64,000 nt of DNA from Paramecium tetraurelia (lineage: Eukaryota): NCBI GenBank assembly GCA_000165425.1, contig CT868518.1:1-64000 (forward strand), read 5' to 3'. Made by a program: the position numbers and the translations under genes. Shown here piece after piece: positions 1-13,694 of this stretch (position 1 is its first letter; each line of letters starts with the position of its first letter). The notes under the pieces were generated by a model that worked only from the letters and a program-made list of their open reading frames with translations, ran no database searches and was not told the origin of the DNA.

Positions 1-2325
1 TAGCGAAGTGATGTCGATACCGGACCCACATAACCTCCCCTTCCTGGAGAAAAGCATACTGATCGTACATTACTGTTATGTCCCACTAAATTTGCTTTTT
101 CTTGCCCTGTTTTTACATTCCATAAAATGACAGCATTATCCTCATTAACAGAGGCTAATGTAAAACCATCAGAAGAAAAGCACACTTAAGAACTTTATCT
201 CATATTGCCACTTACTTTTGATTTAGATTTTGAGATTTAAATTTCCCATAAACGGATGGACTTATCGACACTACTGGATACTAGTGTGCTTCCATTTGGT
301 GAGAAACATACTGAATATATAGATTCTTCATGACCAATTAGATTAGATTTTTAATTTCCTGTTTTAATATCCCATAATATAACAGTTGTATCCATACTAC
401 CAGATGCTAATATCATACCATCAGGAGAGAAACACACTGATAGGACTGCTTAAGAATGACCATCTAATTTAAATTTTTACCTTTCTAATATAATGTCCCA
501 TAAACAGATAAATTTATCCGCACCTCCAGATGCTAATAAAGTACCATTTGCGGGAGTAACATATAGACAAGATAGCTTTTAGATGGCCATTGAACTATGA
601 CTTTCTTTACTCTGACTCAATATCCCAAGAAACAGATGGAGCTATTTTCATAACCTGATACCAATGCCGCGCCATCAGGAGAGAAACATATTGAATAGGC
701 AATTTCATTCAGAATGTCTAATTTCGATTTCTATTGTGCTGAATTAAGATCCCACAAACGTATAGAGTTATCATTACTACTGGATGCTAAGGTTTTACCA
801 TTAGGAGAGAAACATAAAGATTAAACCCAATTTGTATGAGCCTTTAATTTGGATTTTTTTAAACCTGTCTTAACATCCAATAAGTACATTGAGAAATCAC
901 AACTTCCTGATGCTAATGTATTACCATCTGGAGAGAAGCATACAGATCTGACAGCGCCGGTATGATTATTAAATTTGGCCTTCGTTAATTATCCTGTCTT
1001 AGCATCCCATATTCGAACAGAATTATCATCACTACCTGATGCTATTATAGTGCCCTCAGGAGAAAAGCATACTGATCGAACAGTACTGCTATGCCCATCT
1101 AATATATATTATTCTCGTTCTTCCATTTACAATTAAATAATTATGCATCATTCAAATTAATTCCATTAATGACTACCGTATCAAATTCTGATTTGCTAAG
1201 ATTGCATTTAAAAAAATTTGCTCCAATTAAAGAGGTATTTTTAATCTTTATGCCCTTAAAATTTTAGTTCTTAATATCAACCTCCATCTCAACTAATAAA
1301 CTCAGAGAATTTGATCCGCATTAAACGAATTAATAATCTAAAGAAGTAAGTTCAACTAAAAATTTCAGAAATTGGAGTAGATTCTTTTCTTTAGATATTT
1401 TAGTAATTAGACCATATCTCTATTCCTTGCCAGTTTTGTAATAATAATTCTTTTTATTTAAGTCAGTCTAAAGTATGTTTTTCAAGCTATTAGCAATATA
1501 CATAAATTTGTTGTTTAAATTCTTAAACAACTATGGAGATGATAATTCATCCTAAAAACAGCTTTATTGTAAATATTTTTTATCACAACCCGCTTAAAGA
1601 AATTCAATACAATTTGTTTTTTTTTCCTTTCTTAACATTTTGGTAATCTCAGTAAATATTTATTCATCAATATCTTTTAAGGAAGCTAACACCTCATACA
1701 AATCTTCCTTCCATTCATATAGATAGTCTTCCTATTGAAATAATTTAATACTGTAATAATATTATTATATTTTTACTTAATTTATGATAACTCTTTATAA
1801 TAGCTCTTAAAATTTTTCTTAAGAATACTTATTTATTATTCCATACTTTTCTCTATCCTAACCAAATTCGCACAATATAAATTCTTTTAAGCTACCAAAT
1901 CCTCAAGTTTTTTTCCCTTCTACAATTGATATTAATGTTTCTAAGTCATCAGAAGTTGATTAAGCTAAACTCACATTTTCGACGACAAGATTCCTATACG
2001 AAGAATTGTACTAGAGAATCTTCATTGTTGTTAATTCTATTTATTATGTAACCTATCCCCAAAAATACTATAATGTGTTTTCAGTTTTAGACATCATAAA
2101 TTTAAAAGAGTCTCTAATGGCGATTATTTTAGAAAGATCGTCAATCCTATTTTCATTCAATTTTGTTTTAGCCTTTTCTAGGATCTATTTAATTGGGATT
2201 GTTAGTTTCCAATCCACTCCATGGTCGTAAATACACTCAATACAAAGCTTTCTCAAGCGATTACATTTATGAGGTGCTAGACATATCAGTTCTATTTAAC
2301 GTCCATCATGATTAGGGCATTTCAT
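1..2325 (-). pseudogene. WD40-repeat protein with N-terminal Cys/His cluster and pentapeptide-like linker (Paramecium expanded family); frameshifted here and running off the window
   Basis: Code 6 start MKCPNHDGRQIELICLAPHKCNRLRKLCIEC. Linker LSKSEFDTVVINGINLNDAQLFNCKWKN. About 8-9 repeats such as GHSSTVRSVCFSPEGTIIASGSDDNSVRIWD. Frame breaks near 1110, 628 and 551 (pseudogene or sequence error). Confidence 0.8.
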
Positions 2326-2580
2326 TGGTTTTTGTTTAAAAAATTAGTAATTTCTATCAAGTATTTATTTTGAAAAATTACTTTTTTATAAAAGGCACTA
2401 CTATGTAGGATTAGAATTTGAAATGGTGTAAGTTAATAAGAAATTATTATTTACTTTTTTTATAAGAGGCAATATATTTATAGATATGAAAGTAAATAAA
2501 CAAAATTTTAAGTAAATCTTTCTAACTACTTTTTAAATTAAACTCATCAAAATGTAGAATTTTTAAAGGACATATTAAAT

Positions 2581-2960
2581 GATGAATAGGCTTAAATCAT
2601 GATTCATAACATTATTAGCCAAAATGAAGAAGTTAATCATGATACCTAAGAAGGAATCAATCTTTAACTAGTGAGAATAAATTCTTATATATGCCTAGCA
2701 ATTCATAAAGTTTAATGACTAAGAATAGTAATGAATAGTCAGAAATAATGGCATCCAAAATATCATCAAGGGTAATTGTTAAAGAAGAAATTAATGATAA
2801 ATCAGAGACTATAAATTATAAATTAATTAGTTCAATGATTGCAATTAATAGGGGTGGTTCTCTTATAGCTGCATCATACAATAATGATATCGAAATCCGG
2901 AAATTTAAAGATGGAATTTTGATTGATTAAAAAATACTACTAAAAAGGCATGTATACATG
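2581..2960 (+). pseudogene. Truncated WD40-family gene remnant
   Basis: IAINRGGSLIAASYNNDIEIRKFKDGILIDQKILLKRH resembles the first blade of ciliate WD40 proteins. Upstream frames are broken by TGA and no further repeats follow. Confidence 0.4.
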
Positions 2961-3168
2961 ATTAAGAAAGGCTTACAATAATAAATATTTCAATTAAATT
3001 AAAACCCAAAATATCATCTTTAGGATGCTTATTTACCATTTAGCCTTTGCAATCTTTGTGTTTCTACTTTAAATATTAATGCTCTATTTACTTTACTTTA
3101 GAAAGCCCTCAAATAAATTAATTGAAAAAAAATAAAATAAAGTGATTCCAATCCTTGAATAAGAACAT

Positions 3169-3849
3169 ATGTAATTACATCGATCTCAATCAGTTGAACA
3201 AACAATAAAGAAGGATTTTAGACGTAAAATTAATCGACAGGGAATATAATCAAGTGAAACTGCTATTGAATCAACTAATAAAAATTAATATAAACCTTTT
3301 AAGATTACATCATAAATGTTTACTTCTAAATATTAGATCATTAAAGTCAGTTCTAATGTTGTTACTCTAGATGCTTCTCAATAAAAAGAGTAATTAAAAT
3401 CAATACCTTCAATGCAAGAACTACCAGAAACTGTTCGAGCACAAGATACTAATTTAATAACTATTACAGAATCGGAAAATATTAGAACAGAATTCATAAA
3501 TTCAAGAACAATTTTCAAATTAATTAATAGATTAATAGTATTATAAGGTTTGTTAGGATGCTTCCTATTTTTTCATTTGCATTTTGCATTGGCAAGTCTA
3601 TTGTCATTAATTACAATATGGATACTTAGATTTTTCTAAACAACAAATATTTATATTGATGTTCTCCAATTAATATTATTTATTTCTTTTGATATTACCT
3701 CCTTATGCTTTTTTTATCCAAATGAAATATGGACTTATACTTATTTAGTTTTATTTGCAATCGAAGTCGTATTAGAACTAATAATATTGAACACATAAAA
3801 ATAAAAAAACTTTGAAAATTTACAGGCATCTGCAGAGTAACAAACTTGA
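3169..3849 (+). CDS. Hypothetical membrane protein, 226 aa, with 3-4 C-terminal hydrophobic helices
   Basis: Uninterrupted code-6 ORF MQLHRSQSVEQ...ASAEQQT*; hydrophobic runs LIVLQGLLGCFLFFHLHFALASLLSLITIWIL and YLVLFAIEVVLELIIL. Confidence 0.75.
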
Positions 3850-4590
3850 TTTGCTCTTTTATTTGATTTATTTCTATATTGATTTTTCATCTATCTTAAT
3901 TCTGAAGAAAGTTTAAGACAATATCTGAATAGCATTTTTCTTAAATTCTTGAGAACAATATTAGCTATCAATATTTCAAATTGTATTATAAAACAAATTT
4001 TTGTTGTTTTTTATTTAGACCTAAAGACGACATAAAGAATGATAGCGGAACGGCAGTGAAAATTAATTCTATTTTTAGTTCTGATCTTTCAAAATGAACA
4101 CACTTTGCCTCTCAACTCTTTGATATCTTTATTTGATTTCTTACATATAATTTATAACTTGATTTAAAAAGTGGTTGAGATTTATAATCAAACAATTTAA
4201 CGTTGAGATTTAAGAATTGTTCAAATATTTAAATAGAGTCTTCGTAAGACAGTGAGTTCTATCTTTTTAATATCTATTACATTAAAAATCTATAATGCAT
4301 ATTTAGTTTGCCTCTCCCTTACTTTGCTAAATCTTACCGTTTAATTCAGAATTATCTATTTAATTTAGTTAAATCCTTATTGTTCAAACTAATAACATAG
4401 ATTTCTTTGATTCAACTAAATGCAAAAGTCTGTTAAAGTTAAGGCAGAAACCTTCTGCCTTAAATTTACAATTTTTTTAGATGAGTAATGCTATCATTAT
4501 TTCTCCAAGGTATATACCATAAGTTTCTTTGTAAAATGGATTGATGTATTTAAGATTTAATTCATTATTTATTAATTTAAGAAAAACTTA

Positions 4591-4974
4591 TCAATTTATC
4601 TTTTTTCTCAACAACTCATATTTTCTGATACAAAACAGAGACTCAACTCCAGGGTCATTTATCTTGTTCCTATGAGTAAATGAATTAGCAGCATATTAAG
4701 TTATAGCTGTCTAATATTCAGAATTGTTGTTTCGCCTTCTCAGTCTCTTCAACGGGTTAGAAGACTCTATTTACCCTTTCCCATTGATGCAGAAATTCAA
4801 TTGTTCAGAATTATTTTTAGTGAGAGGAGACTGTATTTATTTTCTTGAATGAGGATAAGAGAGAACAAACATTCTTCTAGCATCTACTGTAACTGATTTC
4901 GATCTGAGTTAGTGAACAATTGATCGATGCTTTTATTTTAGGATTGGTGAATAGGAATGAGGGTAATAATTCAT
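4591..4974 (-). CDS. Small basic hypothetical protein, 127 aa
   Basis: Uninterrupted code-6 ORF MNYYPHSYSPILKQKHRS...IRKYELLRKKIN*. Confidence 0.6.
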
Positions 4975-5005
4975 TATTAATATTAATCTATGGTTTTCAT
5001 ATTAA

Positions 5006-6122
5006 TCAATTCTTATCACCTACAGCATATCATTAGTAAAGTTATTCTCTAAGAGCTCTTAACGTTTTATTGACTAACCCAATAGTATCAGAAACAACTT
5101 ATCGATCAGAATCTCTATTGAAAATTAATAACATAAATATTCTTTAAGTATACCCTACAGATCTAGCATTGATTCCAGCTATCTGTTCTTCTCATAAGAA
5201 GTAAATCAAGTCTCTAGTTGGTGTTTTCCAATAAAGCTTCCATTTATCTAATGATGTCAGAGACGCTTGCAAAATTGGATTCAGTATTGCTAATTCAGAT
5301 TCAGCTACTGTGAGAGGATTAACCAAACATTTTCTTGTTTGTTATAAACCTCTACTCTCTTGTCTTCTGCAAATCTTTGTGAACTTAACGAATCGCTATC
5401 TTCACTAATTAATCTGTCGAATAAATCAACCATTATATGAAGTATCTTAGGTAGTTATTACTTTTAAATTGTAGTGTCATAAAACTTTGTTTTGCTTGCA
5501 ATTTGACTCAATAATTTCATAACTAGAACAAATCTCTAGAATTTGATAATTTCTTTATGATTCCTTAATATAATTCGAAAGAAATGAAATATTCTCCTAT
5601 GAGATTTCTTTTTTTAATGGATTGCTTACTTCTCAACTAAAGATGAAGTGGCTTCAACATTGGCTTTTATAATATTTCTTGATTCAGTCAATACAGCAAT
5701 GACAGTGTTATGATCAGCTGCAAACTCTTCTAAATCTATATGCTAAGCTACTCTCTCAGCATCTAGCTCATCAATTTCCTTTTGATATCCTAAACCATTA
5801 TAATTTCACTCTGTGACTAATCCAGAGAGAATAAGCTTTCTTGGATATATATCACCTTCAAGTCTTGCTTCAAGAGAGACTCTTTCAGAATCAGTATTGG
5901 CTATGTCGTTATCATAAACTGAAATGTCATCATTGCAAGCATCCTAAAATACTTTTTCTTCAGCATCCTCCATTTATTCCTTTTAATATCTATCTTCCAT
6001 GTCTGAGAGTTTATTAATAATCTCCCAAATTGTAAAATTAATCTTATGAATCAATTGATTGTGTTCAGTTTCTGTTTAGTCAAAGCTGTGTAAGCAAGAA
6101 CTAATAAAAATATTTCTTTCAT
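5006..6122 (-). pseudogene. Trichocyst matrix protein (T2-like) pseudogene
   Basis: DMEDRYQKEQ..DACNDDISVYD..LEARLEGDIYPRK and DRQVVSDTIGLVNKTLRALREQL match T2-type TMP motifs from memory. In-frame TGA at 5806-5808 and 5030-5032, plus frameshifts. Confidence 0.75.
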
Positions 6123-7306
6123 TAAACAAGCATCCCATATTCATTATTAAGTAGTTTTATGTTAAATGTAGATTACCACCCTCAAACAGGTTATAAAATA
6201 AATATATTTTAATTTCTCATATTCTCAATTTTTAATTCATCCTATTGTAAAGTTTAAGCTATCATTTTTCATATATTCAATTATTCACTTTCAATGAATA
6301 TTTTAAATGAAAAACTTTTTGTCTGATATATATCACTAATTTATTTAAATAATCATGTTTATAATTACAAATATTAGATATTTGATTTGCTTTCCAAAAA
6401 ATGGGTAATTTTTTAAGTTGAACAAAAGCATCTAGTCACTCGAATTTGATTCTGATTCTAATCTGAAATCAATTATTATTCGGTTCAAAAAATTAGACAT
6501 CTTCTTTAAGGAATTAATGAATCTATACTGCCCATACTATTTACTTTCTAAAATACTAAATAATTTAAGATAAGAGCATAAATTTTCAAATTAAAAGCAA
6601 TAGCTATTTGAATTACACAGTAAGGTTTTTAAAGAATAAAGTTGTTAAGTAATACTCAATCAAGAATCCCTTATGAACTGAAAGATACTATATCTATATG
6701 ATAAATAAATTTTTTGATTAACAACAATTATAAGCATAATCATATATGAAAATAGATTCAATTTTAATTATCCTAATATTAATTTAGTGAATTTTAGGTT
6801 TGTTTTGAGTCCACTAAATTTATTATAATATACTGATCCTGAATTTAAATAATTAATTCAAATAAAATCTTCTTACTTCTACATAATCTGCAATGCTGCT
6901 TACTAAATTATTTATTATTCATATGAAACTATTTAATATAATCTTTTGAAGTTATTCCAAACTTTTAAGATAATTAGAACCTACCTTTAATATTAATAAA
7001 TATTTAGAGATATCACAATAAAACAAAGGAAACAACTAAACTCTTTGCCCAGTCCAATTCTATAGAAATCTAATTATAAAATTATTTACAAATACAATAA
7101 TAATTAAATAGATCTTATAAAATTTCATTAGATGTGTGTAATTTTTAAATCTTTCTATATACATCTAAATTTTAACTTTCCATTTCTAATTTTCATTAGA
7201 GGTACTTTAATAAACCTCTTTGAGTGGGTCTATTCCTTAAAGAGAATTTAGAATTTATTAAACAATTAATATATTCGTTTTTTGAAAACATTATTAAAAT
7301 AAAATA

Positions 7307-8508
7307 ATGAAGTACATTCTTGTGTTGGCTTTGATTACATTCTCATATGCTACAACCTTGACAGAAATGTCAGAAAAACTTTCTTAATATGGAGATCATC
7401 CTTTTGGAAAATCAATGGTCAATTTGGTTACAGTTAACATGAAAACAGGTGGTTCCCTCAATGAATTGAAATAACTCTTATAATAAATTAAAGATGAACT
7501 CATTGCTCTTACTTAATTGCAAGATTCAGAAAATGCTACATTCACTCGTAGAAGTCAAGTTGATTTGGCTAAATTATAAGCTACACTTGAATAAGCATAA
7601 GCAGATTTAGACAATCAAAGAGAAGAGTAATCAAGCTTAAGCAATGAATTAGCTACACTTTAAACAAGAGTGAAAGAGGGTAATTAAATTAATTTTATTT
7701 TATTGCAGATTAAGCTGCTTTGGATAGAAACAGTAGAGGAAGTGGGGATGCTCAATCTAGGCTTGATGTTGAAAATGCTGATTTTGCTACTAAATACTCT
7801 GATTACAATGATGCCATTTTAGCATGTAAAGAAGCATAAAGATTATTATTGAACTTGAGAGGTGAAGGAGCATCTTTAATTTAACTTACGTATTTCTTTG
7901 ATAATTACCAATTTAGTTAGGATACAAAGAGCAACCTCATCTAAACCAAAGAAAACTTTTAAAAAATAAAAGAGATATTGGAGGCTCATACCAAAAAAAG
8001 CTCCTTAACGTTATTCCAACCAATCATTGAAGGACTAGCTGAAATGACCACAAAGGTTAATCCAGAAACTTTGAACAATGTTCTAAGTTTAGTAGCTCGT
8101 TTGATTACAGCTCTCTAAGAAGGTTAAGATTAATTAGAGTCTAATCACAAAACTTAAGTAAATTTTAAATTCATAATAAAAGGTTGATAATTTGACAAGA
8201 TTGGGTGATGATTTGAGAAACGAGAAATAAACCTTATAGGTTTCTTTAGCCACTGCAAACAATAGACTTAAAGAAATATAATCAAGATTAAATGAATTAG
8301 ATGGATTGATCAATATTTCAAATGCTTTAGTTGAGGTTACGCAATTAAACATTTAAGATGCCACTAAAATCAATGAATTAGAAGATGCTGAATACAGTAA
8401 TTAAAAGGTCAGCAGGTATATAATATTATATTATTTCTCTATAGATAAACTGAAATTGATATAGTTGATAGATTAATTGAATACATCAATTAAAAATTAT
8501 CAGAGTGA
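7307..8508 (+). CDS. Trichocyst matrix protein precursor
   Basis: Signal peptide MKYILVLALITFSYA; HPFGKSMVNLV; long acidic heptad helices; central ASLIQ motif; four 25-29 nt introns; ends YINQKLSE*. Confidence 0.85.
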
Positions 8509-8591
8509 TTCGATACAATTATATAAAAAATATCATTATCATTCTAATATTATTTTCTTATGAATTTAAAGTTTTTTGAAAAAAGGTATAA

Positions 8592-10176
8592 TCAAGATAG
8601 TCTTTCAATATTGTTACACGATTACAGTTTTAAACCAGGTCCTTAAAAAGGAAGATGTACTGGGGAAACCGAAAAATCATCATCTGCATCATCTAATTCA
8701 GATTCTTCATAAAACATTTTGTAGATTGACTCCCTTCTAATGATTCCTTAATTGTCCTATTTATTTTTTCTATACAAAAGAGTGATATCAGCCTTTGACA
8801 TCTTTATATCAATTTTTAGCAATATTTGCTCGAATTTATTTAGGCTGATTTCCTAATTTTATGAAACTCCGCACTAAATAATCATTTTAAGAAATACCTC
8901 TTTACATATTTCAATAATTGAAATCGAATTTAATCTTAATCGAGTTATTAGATCATCCAACAAATCATCAATTTTAGATTAATCTTGCTAAGTTAATAAT
9001 GGACTACAAAATTCTAAAACTTAAGCTAAGATTATCTATTAAAATGATAGATATTTCTTACATCATTTTAACTAAACCATAACAAAACACATTCAAATGG
9101 AATAGTATCTCTATTGTTATGATTTAGCTTATTAAATACTATTTCTGCATCCTCTAATGTAAATTATTTATCAATAGATTATAAAAGTAAATTGAGATCA
9201 TCAATATTTAACTTTTTTGGAAGTAAAATATTTTAAATTAATTAATTTATGTTAAATTTTCTTATTTTCATGATATTTCTTATTCTGGTGATTATTTATT
9301 GAGAATTACCATCTAATTTTTGAAATGGATTTGATCGAAATATACTATGATTGTAAATGTCGACCCAATCTATTCTGTCTTTTTCATTTATTTCAAGACA
9401 ACTCTTAATAAATGATTTGCTGACATCACTCACAAATGGTTAAGTCGGAAACTCTAGAGTTTCCTCATAAATTTTTTTTAGAAGTTTCTGAGACGTTTCA
9501 TGATACCAAGGGGCTATATGTTTATCAAATTAATTACTTGCGCCATATAAGCTTTCGTAAAACAATATTCCGATTGACCATATATCACATTTACTTGTAT
9601 AATTACTATGCTATTAAACTTAAGGACTCATATACAAAGGTGTTCCAACACATTAATTCAACATCTTTTACTTAGAGATTTAAGTTGCCAAACCGAAATC
9701 TCCAAGTTTAAACACTCCATTGCTATTCAATATATTAGCTGGTTTTATGTCTCTATGTACTATCCCATACTTTAATAAAATTTAGTATCCAGAAAGAATA
9801 TCACGAAGAATTTTAATTGCCTCTTTTTCGTTAAGCTGTTATTCCTTCAATATCTTCTTCAAATCCCCCTGTTGACAAAGTTCTTATATTAAGTAATAGT
9901 TTGACTGGCTTTCACAAACATCAAATAGCTTTACAATATTTTTTGAACTAAGTTTCTTCAGAATCATCATTTCATTTATGAAAGCCTTCTATGAATAGGA
10001 TTCCCTAAAGTAAAAATAGACGAATACCCTTCCAACTTAGTCTTTTTAACAATTTTAATGGCAACATCAGTTTAAGTATTTTAATCAACTCCCTTGTAAA
10101 CACAACCATAGTTGCCTTTACCAATTACATGGCCTGTATTATAGAAATATTTTTCAATGCACTTATCCTACTACAT
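8592..10176 (-). CDS. Ser/Thr protein kinase (ULK/CAMK-like) with possible degenerate C-terminal EF-hand region
   Basis: [48 protein letters not shown]. Confidence 0.92.
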
Positions 10177-10847
10177 TTACAGATTCGCAATTTAATATAT
10201 ACAAAAAAAAAAGTCAATTAGATTCGACAAACAAGCAAAACGCATACTAATTAAAGATGGAAAAAAAATGTCTTATATAAACTGGTATTTAAATAATCTA
10301 ATTGAATCTAAAGTTCTTCCATTATTAGATTTATTTTTTGATTTACCACAATACAAGAAAGTGAGTTTTATTTAGTAATTAATTATTTATATATAGTAAA
10401 GTTAATTATTAGTCATACTTTCACATTATATATAATGCGATCAATCTTAAAAATAATATGAACTTTTTATTGGTATTCATTTTACTTGGTACATGAATTT
10501 CAATATCTCATAAATATATTAATTTAAAATGATTTGATGAATTTATTATTTTTTAGTTTCTTCCTTTTTATTGATTTCGATTTAAATAGTGCTTTTTTCT
10601 AGATGTTTCGTTCATGGATTATAAGTAATTCAACAATTTTAGATAATGAGATTATGATAATTAACAAAGCCAGGATTAAATATAAATTTTAAATATGGCG
10701 TTAAAATTGTCTTAAACTGATGAAAAGTAAAAGCAGTTAATTGGAATACTAAACTAAGGATATTTAGTAGTCCTATATAGATATTCTTATAATCACATGA
10801 ATATTATATTTATATAAAGAAATATATTTAAATAAATAAAATTTATA

Positions 10848-11216
10848 ATGATTAGAGATGATTTGATAATTTCCGACCCAATACGAAAGGTAATAAGGCA
10901 GAACCCTCAATAAAATAGTGAACCAGATATGGAAGAAACTAAAGAAGGTGGCGATACAAATTCTTCTTAATCTGAACAAGAAATGAGTGAATACGAATAA
11001 AGTCTAATCCATGACTCATTGATATCCTCTTTAACTCCAAGTTATTTGCTAATGAGTAGTTACAATTCATATATATCGCGATTCGAATAAATAACCAGTA
11101 GTTCAGGCTCAGATTCTTCAAGCTCAAGTTCAAGTTCGAGTTCAAATTAGACATCTGAGAGCGAGGATGAAGATGAGGAAAGGAAAGAAAATTTATCTGT
11201 ATCAATTTCTGAATGA
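10848..11216 (+). CDS. Small acidic Ser-rich hypothetical protein, 122 aa (possible upstream start at 10695)
   Basis: Code-6 ORF MIRDDLIISDPIRK...SSSGSDSSSSSSSSSSNQTSESEDEDEERK...SE*. Confidence 0.6.
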
Positions 11217-11607
11217 TATATAATTATTTAATCAGCTTTTATCATGCAACAACAGATTCATTACTGCATTTTTAGTTGTACTCATTTCCGGCAAAAAATA
11301 ATTGCTATGGAGATAACAATATATGGATGTATGTGTATTACATTTGGATGTTAATATATCTAATTACAAGATTATTAAATGCTATTAGTAGTGCTATTTG
11401 CAATTAATATTGCTATCCTTTTGATTAATAGACCAACTTTGAGGCTAAGAATTTTTTTTATTAATATGAAGTTTTGTGAAATGCTTTGAATGAGGTAATT
11501 ATTACTCATAAATCAGTGTATTAATAATTTGTCGACATTTCCATTTAAATTTGACTCTCCCTCCTTTTAGAGGGGCATCCTATTTTTAATTTTTTAATTT
11601 TTAATTT

Positions 11608-12133
11608 ATGAAAGGTGGTGCAGCTGTATAATAAAACTCTGTGATTGATAAGATATCAATATTATTGAATAAGATATTTGCATATAGCAATTTAGCAGAA
11701 AGAGAAGGAAAAGGAATTTGCCCAAATATTTTCACACGGTAAAAATATATAAATATACTAGATAGTAAGATATCATCCAGAAATTGGTTTCTCTGCAAAG
11801 AATGGGAGTAAACGATGAGATATTTGTTACGGGATTATTTTTGGTTGACCGTCTGACAACAAATAACAACTTTTACCTAAATAAAAGGAATATTTACAAG
11901 TACCTAATTATATATATTTGGAAAGTCTTCTGATGACAGCCATCATTCTCTGTCTTAAGATGTATGACGATAACCAAAATGTCTAACACATCTATTCAAT
12001 CATTTTTGAAACCAATAGAGAGATCCTCAACAAAATGGAGAAAAAATTCATGAAGCTCATAAAATACTAACTATTTGTGAAAACAGAAGATTTCTTCAAT
12101 TACAGAGCGCGGTTACTTAAATTAAAAGATTGA
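11608..12133 (+). CDS. PHO80/cyclin-U-like cyclin
   Basis: After two tiny introns: IFVTGLFLVDRL..NKRNIYNLLMTAIILCLKMYDD..LNKMEKKFMKLIKYQLFV, the cyclin N-box pattern. Confidence 0.8.
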
Positions 12134-12554
12134 TGGTTTGCACAACTCATAAAAACTCCATTTAGAAACATAAATTATATAATATTCATAAAATATATTT
12201 GCATTTATTTGTTCTTATTTTTATAACAATATTCTATACTTATACAAATTTACATGTTTAATATGGTTTTTAAATGGTTTCACAATTTTCGTTTTGCCTC
12301 TTTAAATGCTTTAAATAAGCCATAAATCGTATTTAATTGCTGATGTACTCCTTAATCATGTAGAATGCTACCAAAATCTTGATCTAAAGCCATTCATAGA
12401 TAGTGTAATATTTCAAGAACAGACATGATTTCTTTATGTTTCTTATTCTGATTTATCCCATAAGCAATAACCTACTGAATTATTTTCAATGTTTATGTTT
12501 AAAGTTACCTAGAGTTAAATATGTTAATTTTTATAATTATCGTTTTTTAATTGG

Positions 12555-13694
12555 ATGATAAAATAAGTTTTATGCGCATGTCTATTATTGGCATGTATAG
12601 CAGTAGAAGATGGCAGTTATTTTTAATATATGGAAGTAAATATTAATATGATGGAAATAATAGATTGACAGAGATGAATTTGGCAAAACTTTGATTGATA
12701 CATTGGAACTGAATATATCTGGTGGACAATCATTGGAGAAAGTAGTTGATCTAATGCGTGATTTGGAAGGTTAAATAGATAATGAATAAAAGGATGATGA
12801 CATTTCTAACCAATAATTTTAAAAGAAATGTGATGAAGTATAGACCAAATTAATATATAGGATTTGACTAACTAAGAGAGTGAGATCAATTAAACATAAT
12901 TAACAATTGTTGAGAAATAAGGCAAGTTGGATGAATTGTAGAATGCTTAACAAAGAAAGAAATAAGTAGCTAATGCTAAGGATTCATGGTTGAAATAAAT
13001 CTAAGAATTGATATCTTAGAAATAAACAATAAGAAATCAAGAATAAGATAGGTATGAGTAAGAAATGAATGAAAATTCATATGTTATTTCTGTGATTTCT
13101 GAAGTTAAAAAGAAATTCACTTTAAATGGAATTAATTTAATCTAAATTAATAATCATGAGGCATTAATGAATGATTTAGAAAATGCTGTTGATGAAAGCA
13201 GGAACTTCAAATAAAATACTAGATATTAAGAAGTGTTTGGATTGTTTTTATAAGTTGCAGCAAAAGTGAAAGGCGAGGGTGCCGATAAATTGAAATCTTT
13301 GTGTGATGATCTATTAGTCAATGTATCTGACAATATGTCATTAATAAGAAAGTAAGAGGATAAAAGAAGAGAAATATTTGAAAAAGAGATTTCATCTTTA
13401 CAAAAGGATTTACAATAGGTATAAAGTGATAAATCAATGATTGATGCAGGATTAGAACAACTTGATAATTCGATATCCATGGGATAAAATGATATGACAG
13501 ATTATAATGCCAGAATCGAAAGCAAAAAATAAACCAAAGAAGATAGAAGAAAAGAATGTTCCTAAGCAGCTTATGAATACAAATCAAGTAGGGAATAAAA
13601 TGATAGAAAAAGACAATTAGTTTCCTAAGTAATAGGATTATTTAGTGCCAATTAAAGGGAATTTAAAGAATACTTAAATATTAGAAATAATTGA
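12555..13694 (+). CDS. Trichocyst matrix protein precursor (T2/T4-like, divergent)
   Basis: Signal peptide; IDRDEFGKTLIDTLEL; EQKDDDISNQQFQKKCDE; coiled-coil helices; C-terminal RQLVSQVIGLF; tiny introns. Confidence 0.8.

Noticed and set aside
1..43. GC-rich terminal stretch as vector, adaptor or telomere
   Set aside because: Not C4A2/C3A3 telomeric repeat and not a vector sequence I recognise; could be a low-quality read end.
5806..5808. TGA readthrough or selenocysteine in the TMP-like gene
   Set aside because: Additional frameshifts and a second premature TGA make plain pseudogenisation the simpler explanation.
6400..7250. Coding-like sequence between TMP loci
   Set aside because: Frames are broken by TGA and no motif is recognisable; possibly a decayed gene but unsupported.
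11096..11145. TCAAGT-like tandem repeat
   Set aside because: Encodes a poly-Ser tract in the 10848-11216 ORF; not a spacer-repeat array.
12250..12520. Short minus-strand coding-like stretch
   Set aside because: In-frame TGA, no clear start, no motif.
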